Source of the DNA: an uncultured Alphaproteobacteria bacterium
GTDB lineage: Bacteria > Pseudomonadota > Alphaproteobacteria > Rhizobiales > Beijerinckiaceae
Direction: 5' to 3'
Assembly: GCA_963773155.1 (NCBI GenBank)
Contig: CAVZAB010000025.1
Coordinates: 210,962-242,961, forward strand
Length of the DNA stretch: 32,000 bases
Shown: one piece after another, positions 16,901 to 31,158 of the stretch
Layout: each line of letters begins with the position of its first letter
Position numbering within the stretch: the first letter of the stretch is position 1
Notes under the pieces: model-generated
Seen by the model: the letters and a program-made list of their open reading frames with translations, nothing else
What the model was told of the DNA's origin: nothing
Database searches by the model: none
Position numbers and translations under genes: made by a program

Positions 16901-18277
16901 GCTTCAACCTCAATTCGCCCGCTCACGAGCTGGGCATCTCTGAGCAAGATACTTTCGCTGGTCCGCGACGGCGCCGCTCCCAACCGAAGCGCCAAAGCTC
17001 CGCCGATCAAGAAAAGGCCAGCTTGGCCGACAAAGACGACGCCATAGGCAAGCGCCGGTGGTTGAATCAATTGCCGGCTGATGTCGGCTGCTAACGTTCC
17101 GGTAAAGCCGCCAAGTCCAAAGGCCAAGGCCTGCGCGCCACCCCAAAGTCCTATTCTGAGGCCAGCACGTGCAGCACTATTGGTGCCTGCAAGTCCCATC
17201 ATCGCCCAAATTGCCGAGACTGCGAAGGTGCCGTTCGCAAGGCCGAGTGCAAATACGGACCTTTGAAGCGACCATGGCAGCTCGACTACGCCACCCAGCG
17301 CAATAACCAAGAGCATTGCCGCCGATGCGACGCATCCAAGAAAAGTCCACAGCCGCATCGACCCGAACCAGCGTTGGGCGAAGAGACTTGCGGTCACGGC
17401 GACTAGGAGCATTCCAACGAGAACACCGCCGTGCTGAGCCGAGGAAAGCTTGGTCGAATTCACCCGGCGTAAAATGAAAGACAATGCCGGCAAACGGCTC
17501 GAGGAGCAATTCCTGAGCGCTATAGGCCAACATGGACACAAAGACGAATATCGCAAATCGTCGGGATTGTGGCTCGTTCCAGACCTGACCGAGCGCTTCT
17601 CGAAAAGGCACTTGGCCGGAAGACGCTGGGCTGGAGGATATTTGGTTCGGTCGGGCGGGTAGCTTTCGAGCGAGCGAAGTCGACTCAATCTTCCAAACGG
17701 CAACAACCGTGACAAACAAGGAAAGACTGGCGACGATTGCGGTGATTGCAATCAAGCGGGGGAAGGAAAAGGGGTCGAGAAATTGTCCGGCCAGGTAAGC
17801 GGTTATCGCAATGCCGGCGATCATCATGATCCAGGTGATTGTCGCCGCGGCGGGCCGCCGGTCTGGCGCGACGAGTCCGGCCAGCAGAGTGAGAAGCGAG
17901 GTACCTGCCGCACCCACGCCGCCCCCAACCAGGATAAAGGCGATTATGGCCAGCCCCAGGCCGGCCATGGGATGGCTGGCGATCAGTGCCGCGGCAACGG
18001 CCGCGCTCAATCCCCCGCAAGCGAGAATGGCCATGCCTCCGATGATCCAGATTGTTCGACGGCCGCCGACATCGGACCCGTAGCCCCAACGAGGCCGCAG
18101 AACTTGCACGCCATAATGAAGGGCGACTAGACCGCCGGGAATGAAAGCAGGCAGCGCTAGTTCGACGACGAGGACTCGATTGACGACCGATGTCATCAAG
18201 ACAACGATAGCGCCGAGCGCAGTTTGCACCAGACCCAGCCGGACTATCCCGAGCCAACCAAGTTGGGCCGGTATCAT
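16897..18277 (-). pseudogene. PucC/LhaA-family (BCD) MFS protein at the Bch2/ORF428 position, interrupted by a +1 frameshift at 17456-17461
   Basis: MIPAQLGWLGIVRLGLVQTALGAIVVLMTSVVNRVLVVELALPA...LLLEPFAGIVFHFTPGE, then the frame is lost. The other frame continues STKLSSAQHGGVLVGMLL...GLWGGAQALAFGLGG... Deleting one base of GAATTC (17456-17461) gives 459 aa. The ORF-track start at 18316 is possible, but 18277 matches family N-termini better. Confidence 0.85.
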
Positions 18278-18322
18278 TGCGCGCCCCGAATTCAGCGCTG
18301 GGGGGGAAAAATCCATAATTTA

Positions 18323-18351
18323 AGAGTAAACTTGACACTCTATGTTGTCAA
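18323..18351 (-). promoter_or_regulatory. Candidate sigma70-type promoter for the MFS-bchP-tspO-orf95 operon
   Basis: On the minus strand: TTGACA (18346-18351), 17 nt, then TACTCT (18323-18328). The -35 is the 3' half of the PpsR palindrome. Confidence 0.4.
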
Positions 18352-18363
18352 TTAAGTTTGACA
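18346..18363. promoter_or_regulatory. PpsR/CrtJ operator (TGT-N12-ACA) between ppsR and the PucC-like gene
   Basis: TGTCAATTAAGTTTGACA has perfect 6-bp arms TGTCAA/TTGACA. An additional TTGACA arm lies at 18332-18337. Confidence 0.7.
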
Positions 18364-18368
18364 GACGA

Positions 18369-19841
18369 TCAGTTCCCACCGTCGCTTTCGCCGTCAAGGT
18401 CGCCAAGATTATAGCGATGCATTTTCGAATACAAACTCTGCCGGCTCAATCCGAGCATTTCGGCGGCAGAGGCACGATTGTCGCGCGTCAGTTGGAGCGC
18501 TGCCTCGATACACAGCCGTTCAATCATATCGGTCGCTTCGCGGATCAGGTCCTTAAGCGAAACCCGACCGACCAGTTCGGTAAATTGTGCGACCCAGGCG
18601 GGCGGCGGCTCACGCCCGGATGCATCGGCGGGCTGTGTGCGCCAAGCTCGCGTACGAAGAGTCAGGCCGACACAGGGCTGCGCACCGCCTGGTACTGCAA
18701 CTGCGGTGATTTCTACCTCTTCACTTGACCCATATTCACCGCGTACCATGCTTGCAAAATGGCGAACCGTGCCGTGTTCCCGCAAATTGGCCATGAGAAC
18801 ATCGACATCGACACCCACCCGTCCAACCCAACGCTCCAACAATTCGCCGCGCGCTTGTTCGACGCTCGCCAATTGTGCGAGATCGAGAAAGGCCGCATTG
18901 GCAGTCAATATCCGCCGATTGGGATCTGTGACCACAAAGCCTTCAGGCAGGCTGTCGATGACCGTTAAGAGCGCGGCGTTGGCTTTGGGCAGCGGTTGAT
19001 TTTCAACATTATGGGGAAACTGCGTCAACCGGACCAAGAAATAAGTCGCGCTCTCCTGGCGAAACAGCGAGGCTGAAAACCAAAACTGGTCTTTTTCACC
19101 GGCGAGTTTTGCCTGCACGTCGTCGGCCCGTCCGGTTGCCCGCACGCTGCCGAGTAAAGTTTGAACGGCCTGAAGGCTTTCCGGTTCGAAAAGGTCGAGA
19201 AAGGACAGTCCGTTTAAGCGTTTGGCGTCCCGATTCAGGATTCGGACGGCAACCGGATTGGCGTCGATCACCTTCTGGGTCGAAGCATCAACGATTAGGA
19301 CGGCTTCCGACGCCAATTGAAAGAGCAGACGATAGCGGGTCTCGGCGGCCCGTATTCGAGCATATTCACGCTCCATTGCCTGCTGGATCTCGATCAGGCG
19401 CTGCTGTAGGGCAGCCATCGCGCTCAGATCGCGGCCGACCGCCACTAGCCGTCCGTTCTTGCCGGCCTGAACAACCGAATATCTTATGGCTATGTCGCTG
19501 CCGCGCTTGGAGGGATGATTGACTTCGCGCCAGCGCGAGGTTTTGGCCTTGACGTCCTTAGCCGTCACCTCCTCGACCATTTCGCGGATCTTTTTGCGAC
19601 TTTCGGCGGTAACTGTGTCGATCCATGGCCGGCCCAACCAGGCCGCATAACCCTCCTTGGCCAGCAATTCACTGCTCAGAGAAATGTCTTCGATGATGCC
19701 ACGCCTATCGAGGACCAAGGCAATATCGGCTGCAGCCTCGATCAATTTTGCCGCATCCTCCGCCCCCAGATCACTGAAGGAGGTTCGCGGTGCAGTGAAA
19801 GCCTTTGCTTCATAGGGGGGCACGATTTGTAGAAGCGACAT
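18369..19841 (-). CDS. ppsR: Photosynthesis gene repressor PpsR/CrtJ (PAS domains plus C-terminal Fis-type HTH)
   Basis: The C-terminus NRASAAEMLGLSRQSLYSKMHRYNL is a Fis-type HTH. It has PAS-like repeats and the conserved position next to ppaA. ATG 19841 (MSLLQIVPP...) is preferred over GTG 19886, which overlaps ppaA. Confidence 0.9.
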   Translation of the reverse strand: MSLLQIVPPYEAKAFTAPRTSFSDLGAEDAAKLIEAAADIALVLDRRGIIEDISLSSELLAKEGYAAWLGRPWIDTVTAESRKKIREMVEEVTAKDVKAKTSRWREVNHPSKRGSDIAIRYSVVQAGKNGRLVAVGRDLSAMAALQQRLIEIQQAMEREYARIRAAETRYRLLFQLASEAVLIVDASTQKVIDANPVAVRILNRDAKRLNGLSFLDLFEPESLQAVQTLLGSVRATGRADDVQAKLAGEKDQFWFSASLFRQESATYFLVRLTQFPHNVENQPLPKANAALLTVIDSLPEGFVVTDPNRRILTANAAFLDLAQLASVEQARGELLERWVGRVGVDVDVLMANLREHGTVRHFASMVRGEYGSSEEVEITAVAVPGGAQPCVGLTLRTRAWRTQPADASGREPPPAWVAQFTELVGRVSLKDLIREATDMIERLCIEAALQLTRDNRASAAEMLGLSRQSLYSKMHRYNLGDLDGESDGGN

Positions 19842-19857
19842 AGATATCCATTTCTCT

Positions 19858-20757
19858 CTACGGACCGTGACGTTGCCTGGCGGCACCTTGTTGGGCCAGA
19901 ATTATTTGCTGGCCCAACACGACCGCGACTTGCCCGTCGGCGGCGGTAGCATCAGCGCCAATGAGGTTAACCAGCTCCGGGCGTTCCACAAACAATGGTC
20001 CGCCAACCAGGACGGCAATCGATTGATTTTGTGAGACCCGGCGAATGGCGCGAATCGCAGATGCCAGTGTCTCCAACATAGTTTCGCTGGCCAACGACAA
20101 ACCGACGATGGCAAACCATTCACGCTGGGCGAGTTCGACAACATTCCCGTCGCGATGGGCCGCGCCGAAAACTTCCCAGCCGGCGCTTCGAAAAAATTTC
20201 TCCACCATCTGAATACCGAATGTGTGCTGTTCACCAGGTGTTGGCATGAGCAAGATGCGCCGCCTCTCGTCAGGTTCCGCAATCTCCCCGGCGGCGCCGG
20301 GATCTAGCTCGTTGAGCAGCATGTGCAATCGGGACAATCCGACCGTTACGTCAAGAAAATTGCATAGGTCATTGTCCCACATTTCGCCCAAATGGCGCGC
20401 TGCCGGCGCCAGTAGGTCGAGCAGGAGAGCGTCAGTCGGTACGCCGCTTTCGCGCATTGCCTGAACGTAGCGGGTCGCCGCCGACAGATCCCGACCGACG
20501 ACCATTTGTGCGAGTTCAAGCACCTGGGCCTCGCCTGGCATCCTGACGTTTGGCGATGCGGCACTGGCGACCACCCGATAGGTCAACATTAAACGCGGTA
20601 GAATTTCCCCTTCAATAATATCCATCAAGCGCAATTGCCAATCGCTCTCGCGCTGGCCTGACCCGTTCCAAGGCTCCGCAACTGGCCTCCGTTGCGAATG
20701 TCTTTCCGCATTCAGCCAGCTAGTGTCTGGCTCGACGCATCGCCTGAGCTCCGCCAT
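19858..20757 (-). CDS. ppaA: Cobalamin-binding-domain antirepressor PpaA/AerR
   Basis: B12-binding-like module ILLMPTPGEQHTFGIQMVEKFFRSAGWEV...IVGLSLA...VLVGG. The N-terminal helical region contains DVTVGLSRLHMLL. It lies immediately upstream of ppsR. A strong SD (GGGGAGG) precedes ATG 20757. Confidence 0.8.
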   Translation of the reverse strand: MAELRRCVEPDTSWLNAERHSQRRPVAEPWNGSGQRESDWQLRLMDIIEGEILPRLMLTYRVVASAASPNVRMPGEAQVLELAQMVVGRDLSAATRYVQAMRESGVPTDALLLDLLAPAARHLGEMWDNDLCNFLDVTVGLSRLHMLLNELDPGAAGEIAEPDERRRILLMPTPGEQHTFGIQMVEKFFRSAGWEVFGAAHRDGNVVELAQREWFAIVGLSLASETMLETLASAIRAIRRVSQNQSIAVLVGGPLFVERPELVNLIGADATAADGQVAVVLGQQIILAQQGAARQRHGP

Positions 20758-20925
20758 TACTTACCTCCCCACGGCTGCACCCATTGTCGCCACTACCGCA
20801 TCGCAGCTCCTATCCTGCAATGGCAGCCTATGAGTAGATTCGCCAATTGGCCAGATGGCTGACAGCCTGCGCCTATCAAACCGCAAAATTTTCTTCTTGT
20901 AAATTCAAATTGACGTCCAATTATA

Positions 20926-20955
20926 TTGACAGTTGCGTGAGGGCCGCGGTAAAAC
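20926..20955 (+). promoter_or_regulatory. Candidate promoter for the bchFNBHLM-lhaA-puhA operon
   Basis: TTGACA (20926-20931), 18 nt, then TAAAAC (20950-20955). It lies 45-75 nt upstream of the bchF ATG, which has SD AGGAGGG. This is by-eye motif matching only. Confidence 0.25.
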
Positions 20956-20999
20956 TTTGGCCATCCCGGCGGAACTCTACGGCCAGGTAAGGAGGGACG

Positions 21000-22801
<1,802 letters not shown>

Positions 22802-22805
22802 GGCG

Positions 22806-24366
22806 ATGCAGCTGACGGTTTGGACCTATGAGGGACCACCACATGTCGGCGCGATTCGCATCGCAACCGCCATGGAAGGTCTCCACTATGTCTTGCATGC
22901 GCCGCAAGGCGATACCTATGCCGATTTGCTCTTCACAATGATTGAACGGCGCTCCAAGCGCCCGCCGGTCACCTATACAACCTTTCAGGCCCGCGATCTC
23001 GGCAGTGATACGGCAGAACTCTTCAAAACCGCGGTCAAGGAGGCCTATGAGCGATTTAGACCGCAAGCCCTGCTTGTTGGTGCGTCCTGTACTGCCGAGC
23101 TTATCCAGGACGATCCGGGCGGATTGGCGAAGGCCATCAATCTGCCCATACCGGTCATTCCGCTCGAATTGCCGGCCTACCAGCGCAAAGAAAATTGGGG
23201 CGCGTCGGAAACCTTCTATCGACTGGTGCGGACCCTTGCGCGTCCTGGGCAGACCAAGTCATCGCGCGCCGCGGGCGAACCGATAAGCTGCAACCTTCTC
23301 GGCCCAACCGCCTTGGGCTTTCGTCACCGCGATGATGTTCATGAAGTAACGGCATTGCTTGCAAAGCTCGGCATTGCGGTCAATGTCGTGGCGCCACTAG
23401 GGGCATCGCCAGCCGACCTTGGCCGACTGAGCGAAGCGGATTTCAACGTCGTTCTTTATCCCGAAATTGCCAGTCAGGCAGCGCAATGGCTGCAGAAAAC
23501 CTTTGGCCAGCCGAGTGTCAAGACGGTGCCGATTGGCATGGGCGCCACGCGCGAATTCATTAGCGAGCTCGCCAGTTTGGCGGGAGTTCGATCCGACGCC
23601 TGCGCTGACCTGCGCTGCGGCGCGATTGCCATGGTATTCGCGCTCTGTCGATTCGACCTACCTCACGGGCAAGCGGGTCTTCATTTTCGGCGACGCAACG
23701 CATGTCGTGGCGGCCGCCAGAGTTGCCGCCAAGGAATTGGGATTCGTCGTGGTTGGTCTCGGCAGCTATAGCCGTGAATTTGCGCGAGAGGTTAGGGAGG
23801 CGGCGAAGACTTACGGCATCGAGGCGCTTATCACCGACGATTATTTGGAGGTCGAAGCGCTAGTGAGCCAATTGCAGCCGGAGATTATCCTCGGCACCCA
23901 AATGGAACGTCACATCGCCAAACGGCTGGGGATCCCCTGTGCGGTCATTTCGGCGCCAATCCATGTCCAAGACTTTCCCGCTCGCTACTCGCCGCAAATG
24001 GGATTTGAAGGCGCCAATGTCCTCTTCGATACCTGGGTTCATCCATTGATGATGGGGCTTGAAGAGCATCTCTTGACGATGTTTCGGGATGACCACGAAT
24101 TTCATGACGAGGCGCCACCCTCGCATATCGGCCATGCCGTCCGGACGCCAAGGATACCCGAGGTTCCGGCCAATTCGTCACCGGTGCCACCCGCCAATGA
24201 AACTGCGGTCGCGTGGGCCGTCGAAGCCGAGAAGGAACTTAAGAAAATTCCCTTCTTCGTTCGCGGCAAGGCGCGCCGCAATACAGAGCGCTTCGCTTAT
24301 GATCAGGGCCTATCGATGATAACTGTGGACACGTTATACGATGCCAAAGCTCACTTCGGTCGCTGA
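22806..24366 (+). pseudogene. bchB: Light-independent protochlorophyllide reductase subunit B, interrupted by a +1 frameshift at 23584-23589
   Basis: [48 protein letters not shown]...[16 protein letters not shown], then the frame is lost. The next frame continues [38 protein letters not shown]...[18 protein letters not shown]. Deleting one T of GAGTTC restores 519 aa. Confidence 0.9.
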
Positions 24367-27300
24367 ACAAATTCCGATGCGCATTGTCATCGTGACAATG
24401 GATACGCTCGCCAGTGGTCTTGAGCGGGCGATCCGCAAACTAGAGAAGGATATCCCGGGCTTGCGCGTTAGCCTACATGCAGCCTGTGAGTGGAATACTT
24501 CTACTGAGGCGGTGCAGCGGTGCCGTAAAGATCTCGCCGAAGCCAACATCATTTTTGCTGGGATGTTGTTTCTAGAGGACCATTTCCAACCTATTCTTGA
24601 TACGCTGAGGGCGCGGCGCGACAATTGTGACGCGATTGTTTGTGCCCTGTCGGCGGCAGAGGTTGTGCGCCTGACGCGAATGGGTCGCTTTAGCATGGAT
24701 GGGGCGCAGGGCGGGGCGCTTGCTTTCCTCAAACGTCTGCGCGGTGAACGCAATAAGTCCGCCAGCCCAGGAGCGCAGCAGTTGAAAATGCTGCGCCGTG
24801 TGCCGCAGATCCTGCGTTTTATCCCGGGAGCAGCCCAAGATGTGCGGGCTTATTTTCTGTCTCTGCAATATTGGATCGGGGGCTCCGAAGAAAACATCAC
24901 CAATTTGCTGCGCATGCTTATCGACCGGTTCGCCGATGGTCCTCGCCGTCCTCTACGCGGAACGCTCAAGGTCGCGGCGCCAATCCAATACCCCGACGTC
25001 GGCGTCTACCACCCGCGCTTAAAAACTCGCATCGCGGATCGAGCCGATCAACTGCCGGCCGCGGGCAAAAACGGGACCGTAGGAAATCCTAATGCTACGA
25101 TCCTACTTACTGTCGGGAAATACCGCCCATTATGATGGGGTAATCGCAGCCCTTGAGAACCGCGGCCTGAACGTCATCCCGGCTTTTGCCAGCGGTCTCA
25201 ATTCTCGCCCGGCGGTCCAGCGCTATTTCATGACGGGCAACAGTGCCAAGGTCGACGCCGTCGTCTCACTCAGCGGCTTTTCCCTGGTAGGCGGTCCCGC
25301 CTATAATGACGCACGAGCGGCCGAGGAATTGCTCGCCAAGCTCGACGTGCCGTATATTTCTGCAGTCCCCGTTGAATTGCAGACCTTGGAGCAATGGGAA
25401 GGGTCCGAGCGCGGCCTCTTACCCGTTAAATCGACGATCATGGTGGCGATCCCTGAACTGGATGGGGCGACGGGTACCACGGTATTCGGCGGCCGTTCCA
25501 GTGAAGACGATACGAAAACCTCGCGCGACATGCGAGTTCATAATGAGCGTGCCAATAGGCTGGCCGAACGGGTTCTCAAGCTGGTTAAGCTTCGCCGTTC
25601 GGCCCGCGCGGATCGCAAGGTGGCGATTGTTCTATTTAATTTCCCACCCAATGCCGGCAATACCGGAACCGCAGCCTATTTGTCGGTCTTTGCCTCACTC
25701 CATCGCACAATGCAGGAATTGGCCAATTCCGGCTACCAGGTGGATGTGCCAGAATCGGTGGACGCATTGCGCGATCGTATTATCGGCGGCAACAGCATGC
25801 GTCTTGGCTGCCAAGCCAATGTCGTCGCGCGGATCGCCGTTGACGATCACATTCGTCGCGAGCGCTACCTGGGCGATATTGAAGCGCAATGGGGGCCAGC
25901 GCCGGGCCGCCAGCAGAGTGACGGTTCGTCAATCCTTGTGCTCGGTGAGCGCTTCGGAAACATCTTGGTCGGGATTCAGCCGGCCTTCGGTTATGAGGGC
26001 GATCCGATGCGCCTCTTGTTCGAGCGCGGTTTTGCCCCAACCCATGCCTTTTCGGCATTCTACCGCTATCTGCGTGAGGATTTCGGGGCCCACGCGGTCC
26101 TGCATTTTGGAACCCATGGTGCTCTGGAATTCATGCCGGGCAAACAAGTCGGCCTGTGTGAGGACTGCTGGCCGGAGCGGCTGATCGCGGATCTGCCGAA
26201 TTTCTATCTTTACGCCGCCAATAACCCGTCTGAGGGGGCAATTGCGAAACGTCGGTCGGCGGCAACACTGATCTCCTATTTGACGCCGCCGATTGCGCAT
26301 GCTGGCCTCTATCGGGGCCTGCTTGATCTCAAAGCCTCAGTGGAGAGCTGGCGCAAGCTGGCGCCGGATGCATGCGAGCGAAGCAGGTTGACGCAATTGA
26401 TCCAGTCTCAGGCTGCAGCCGTTGATCTTGCTGCGCTCGAACCTAGCTGGAGTGATGAGGAGGCCGCGGTCCGGATCGGGAGGATTGGCGAGCAAATTCT
26501 TGAGCTGGAATATACGTTGATTCCGCATGGGCTGCATGTCGTTGGTGAGCCGCTGTCGAGGGCAGAGCGAGTCGACATGCTCGTCGCTATAGCAGAATCC
26601 TCACACGCGACGCGGCTCGATCGGTTGGCGGCTGAGTTGCTGGTGGAAGGTGCGTCCGTGGACGCCGCCATGGCCGCCGCCAATTTGCCGCCCACCGCGG
26701 CGAATACTGCGATGTTGACAAGCCTTGCGCTGACCGATCGCATGCTGGGCGAGGATAGCGAAGTCAAGGCGCTGATTGCCGCTTTGGATGGACGCTTTAT
26801 CCGACCGGCGCCGGGCGGCGACGTCCTTCGAACCCCTGCCATATTGCCAACCGGTCGCAATTTACATGGTTTCGACCCTTTCCGGATCCCAAGTGCCTTC
26901 GCCATGAAGGAGGGCGAATTACAGGCTCAGCGTCTCATAGAGCGGCATATGTTGGACGGTCAACCATTTCCGGAATCGATTGCCATGGTTCTATGGGCGA
27001 CCGACAATCTAAAGAGCGAAGGGGGGCCGTTGGCGCAAGCCCTCGCCCTCATGGGTGCGCGGCCGCGCTTCAACTCGTTCGGCCGCTTGGCCGGTGCGAC
27101 TTTAATTCCTCTCGAGGAACTGGGGCGGCCGCGGATCGATGTGGTCATCACATTGTCAGGCATATTCCGCGACCTTATGCCATTACAGATCAAATTGCAT
27201 GCCGAGGCGGCCTACCTGGCAGCCTGCGCCGACGAGCCCGTTGACCGCAATTTTGTGCACAAACATGCGCTCGCCTACCAGCAACAGCATGGCTGCGATA

Positions 27301-28055
27301 TGGAAACCGCTTCGCTGCGTGTCTTCGGCAATGCCGAGGGAACCTATGGGTCCAACGTCAATCACCTGGTCGAAAACAGCCGTTGGGAAGACGAAGATGA
27401 ACTCGCCGAGACCTATACGCGGCGCAAGTGCTTTGCCTATGGCCGCTCGGGACGCCCGGTGCAGCAGGCGGCATTGCTGAATAGCGTTCTTGAGGACGTG
27501 CAACTGGCCTATCAGAATTTGGATTCCGTCGAGCTGGGCGTTACCACCATCAATCATTATTTCGATACGCTTGGCGGAATTAGCCGGGCTGTCAGGCGGG
27601 CCAAAGGTGGCGTTGAAGCGCCAGTATATATTGGCGATCAGACCCGCAGTGAGGGAACGGTGCGGACGCTCGCAGAACAAGTGTCGATTGAGGCCCGGAC
27701 CCGCATGCTAAACCCAAAATGGTATGAAGGGATGTTGAGGCATGGCTATGAGGGCGTGCGGCAAATTGAAGAGCACGTTACCAACACAATGGGTTGGTCG
27801 GCGACAACCGGGCAGGTTTCACCTTGGGTTTATAAGCAACTGACTGAGATCTTTGTTCTCGATGCTGAGATGCGTGAGCGTATGGCCGACCTCAATCCAA
27901 CTGCGTCGGCGAAAGTCGCAAGCCGGTTGCTTGAGGCGCATGAGCGGAAATATTGGACGCCGGATAAGGACATGCTTGAGGCGCTTCAGGAGGCCGGGGA
28001 AGACCTTGAGGATCGCCTGGAAGGCGTAGGTATCGCCTCCGCCGCGGCCGCCTAA
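24341..28055 (+). pseudogene. bchH: Mg-chelatase large subunit H, interrupted by a +1 frameshift at 25083-25088
   Basis: The first piece ends ...LPAAGKNGTVG. The next frame continues ILMLRSYLLSGNTAHYDGVIAALE...HFGTHGALEFMPGKQ...GRPRIDVVITLSGIFRD... Deleting one A of GAAATC gives a 1237-aa CobN/BchH-type protein. An alternative start is ATG 24377 (MRIVIVTMD). Confidence 0.9.
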
Positions 28056-29000
<945 letters not shown>

Positions 29001-29001
<1 letters not shown>

Positions 29002-29705
29002 TGCCGACCCTGACCTATAGCGAGCGACGCCGGCAGATCGAAACCTATTTCGATCGTACGGCCGTAGACGCTTGGGCGAGACTGACTTCTGACGCACCGG
29101 TCGGGCGTATTCGCGCGACCGTTCGTGAAGGCAGAACGCTTATGCGTGAGACCCTTCTTGATTGGTTGCCGCGAGATTTGCGCGGACAGCGGCTGCTGGA
29201 TGCTGGTTGTGGGACCGGTGCATTGGCGGTGGAAGCGGCGCGTCGAGGCGCCGATGTCGTCGCCGTCGATCTATCTCCGACCCTGATCGGGCTGGCGCGC
29301 GAGCGGGCGTCGAAGAGCGAGGGTTGCGGGAAGCTGGAATTTTGCGCTGGTGATATGCTCGATCCCGGACTGGGGTCCTTTGATCGCGTTGTCGCCATGG
29401 ACTCGCTGATCCATTATCCGGCGGTCGAAGTGGTGCGGATTCTGGCGGGTTTCGCCGAGCGGACCCGTGAATCGATTCTCTTCACTTTTGCGCCGCGAAC
29501 GCCGGCGCTCAGTGTGATGCATGCGGTGGGTCGGCTGTTTCCGCGACAGGATCGCGCACCGGCGATTGAGCCGGTCGGCGAGATGGCAATACTTGACCTT
29601 CTGAACCGGCAACGCGGCCTGAACAGCTGGCTTCCTTCGCGCACTCAGCGGGTGGCGCGCGGCTTTTATACATCACAGGCAATGGAATTGGGAAAAGATG
29701 CGTAG
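29001..29705 (+). CDS. bchM: Mg-protoporphyrin IX methyltransferase
   Basis: YFDRTAVDAWARLTSDAPV..IRATVREGR..MR..LLDWLP.DL.G.RLLDAGCGTGALAVEAARRGADVVAVDLS is a SAM-methyltransferase motif in the canonical position. TGATG overlap with bchL. Confidence 0.9.
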
Positions 29706-31147
29706 CTTGAGGCAAGGTGTGACGCGAGGCGTTATGCGCGGCTGGATGGCGTTGGGGCCGGGTTTCTTGCCGTTCGCGGATGTGGCGACGGAGGAACTAC
29801 CGCTGTTGCGGCTTTTGCGGCTGTCCCTTTTCCAAGTTTCGGTTGGAATGGCGGCCGTGCTGCTGATCGGTACTTTGAATCGGGTCATGATTGTGGAGCT
29901 GGGCGTTAGCGCGTCGCTGGTCGCGGTGATGGTATCCGTGCCACTCTTGCTGGCGCCGCTACGAACACTTGTCGGGTTTCGTTCGGATCATCATCGTTCG
30001 GTTTTGGGCTGGCGCCGTGTTCCCTATTTGTGGTTCGGCACTTTGTTACAGTTCGGCGGCTTGGCGATCATGCCTTTCGCCCTTATTCTATTGTCGGGCG
30101 ATAGCAATGCTCCGATGATTGTCGGCCAGCTTGCTGCAGCGCTGGCCTTTTTATTGGTTGGCGCCGGACTACACACGACCCAAACCGTTGGCTTGGCGCT
30201 GGCGACCGATCTTGCGCCGGCCCATGCCCAGACTAAAGTGGTCGTATTGTTGAGTGTTATGCTGCTGGTGGGCATGGTCGTTAGTGCCCTTTTCTTTGGT
30301 GCGGCGCTCGCCAATTTTAGTGAATTGCGCTTGATTCAGGTCGTTCAGGGATCGGCCCTGGCTACGATTGTCTTGAACGGCATTGCGCTTTGGAAGCAGG
30401 AGGCACGCAATCCCTCCCTCACGACAGGGGATCAACCTCTGCCTTCTTTCTCACAGGCGTGGCGGGATTTGAATCATGGAGCGGGGTCGAAATCGGCGGT
30501 TGATAGCGGTTGGCCTTGGCACGGCTGCTTTCAGCATGGAGGATATTCTACTTGAGCCCTACGGTGGGCAGATCTTGCATTTGAGCGTCGGAACAACGAC
30601 CAAGCTCACCGCGCTTCTGGCGGTAGGTGGCCTTACGGGGTTTGTGATCTCGGCTCGCTGGCTTAGTCGAAATGCGGATCCTTATCGTCTGGCCGCGTTG
30701 GGTGTCTTGTTCGGGCTAGCGGCGTTCTCGGCCATTATTTTTGCCGCCCCACTCGGCTCGGCCTGGCTATTTGCCGCAGGAACGGCGTTGATCGGCCTTG
30801 GCGGCGGGTTGTTTGCGGTTGGTACGCTGACTGCGACAATGCGGCTTGCTGCTGGCAATCAGACAGGTCTGGCGCTTGGCGCGTGGGGTGCGGCGCAAGC
30901 TTCCGCGGCCGGTTTGGCGATTGCGCTGGGCGGCATCATCCGCGATGGCGTGAGCGAACTGGCGGCGCGCGGGCTGCTCGGGCCGGCGCTTAACGATGAA
31001 GTCACCGGCTATAGCGTGGTTTATCATCTTGAAATCTTATTGCTGTTTGCGACGCTTGTTGCCATCGGCCCACTCGTTCGTCATGCGAACGCAGGCCTCG
31101 GCAGATCAAGGCCGGGATTGGGACTCACTGAAAACCCGGCACGATAG
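29698..31147 (+). pseudogene. lhaA: LH1 assembly MFS protein LhaA (PucC family), interrupted by a +1 frameshift within 30473-30497 (best fit GAAATC 30489-30494)
   Basis: LPFADVATEELPLLRLLRLSLFQVSVGMAAVLLIGTLNRVMIVELGV...SQAWRDLNHGAG, then the frame is lost. The next frame continues NRRLIAVGLGTAAFSMEDILLEPYGGQILHLSVGTTTKLT... The corrected length is 482 aa. It lies in the canonical position between bchM and puhA. Confidence 0.85.
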
Positions 31148-31158
31148 TGGAGGCTCCT

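Noticed and set aside
17456-17461. Restriction-site palindromes at frameshift sites (EcoRI GAATTC at 17456; TTCGAA at 28714-28719; TCCGGA at 9088-9093) as evidence of cloning or engineering scars
   Set aside because: There is no consistent enzyme site across the loci. The common denominator is GANTC plus one duplicated A or T, which explains the palindrome-like appearance.
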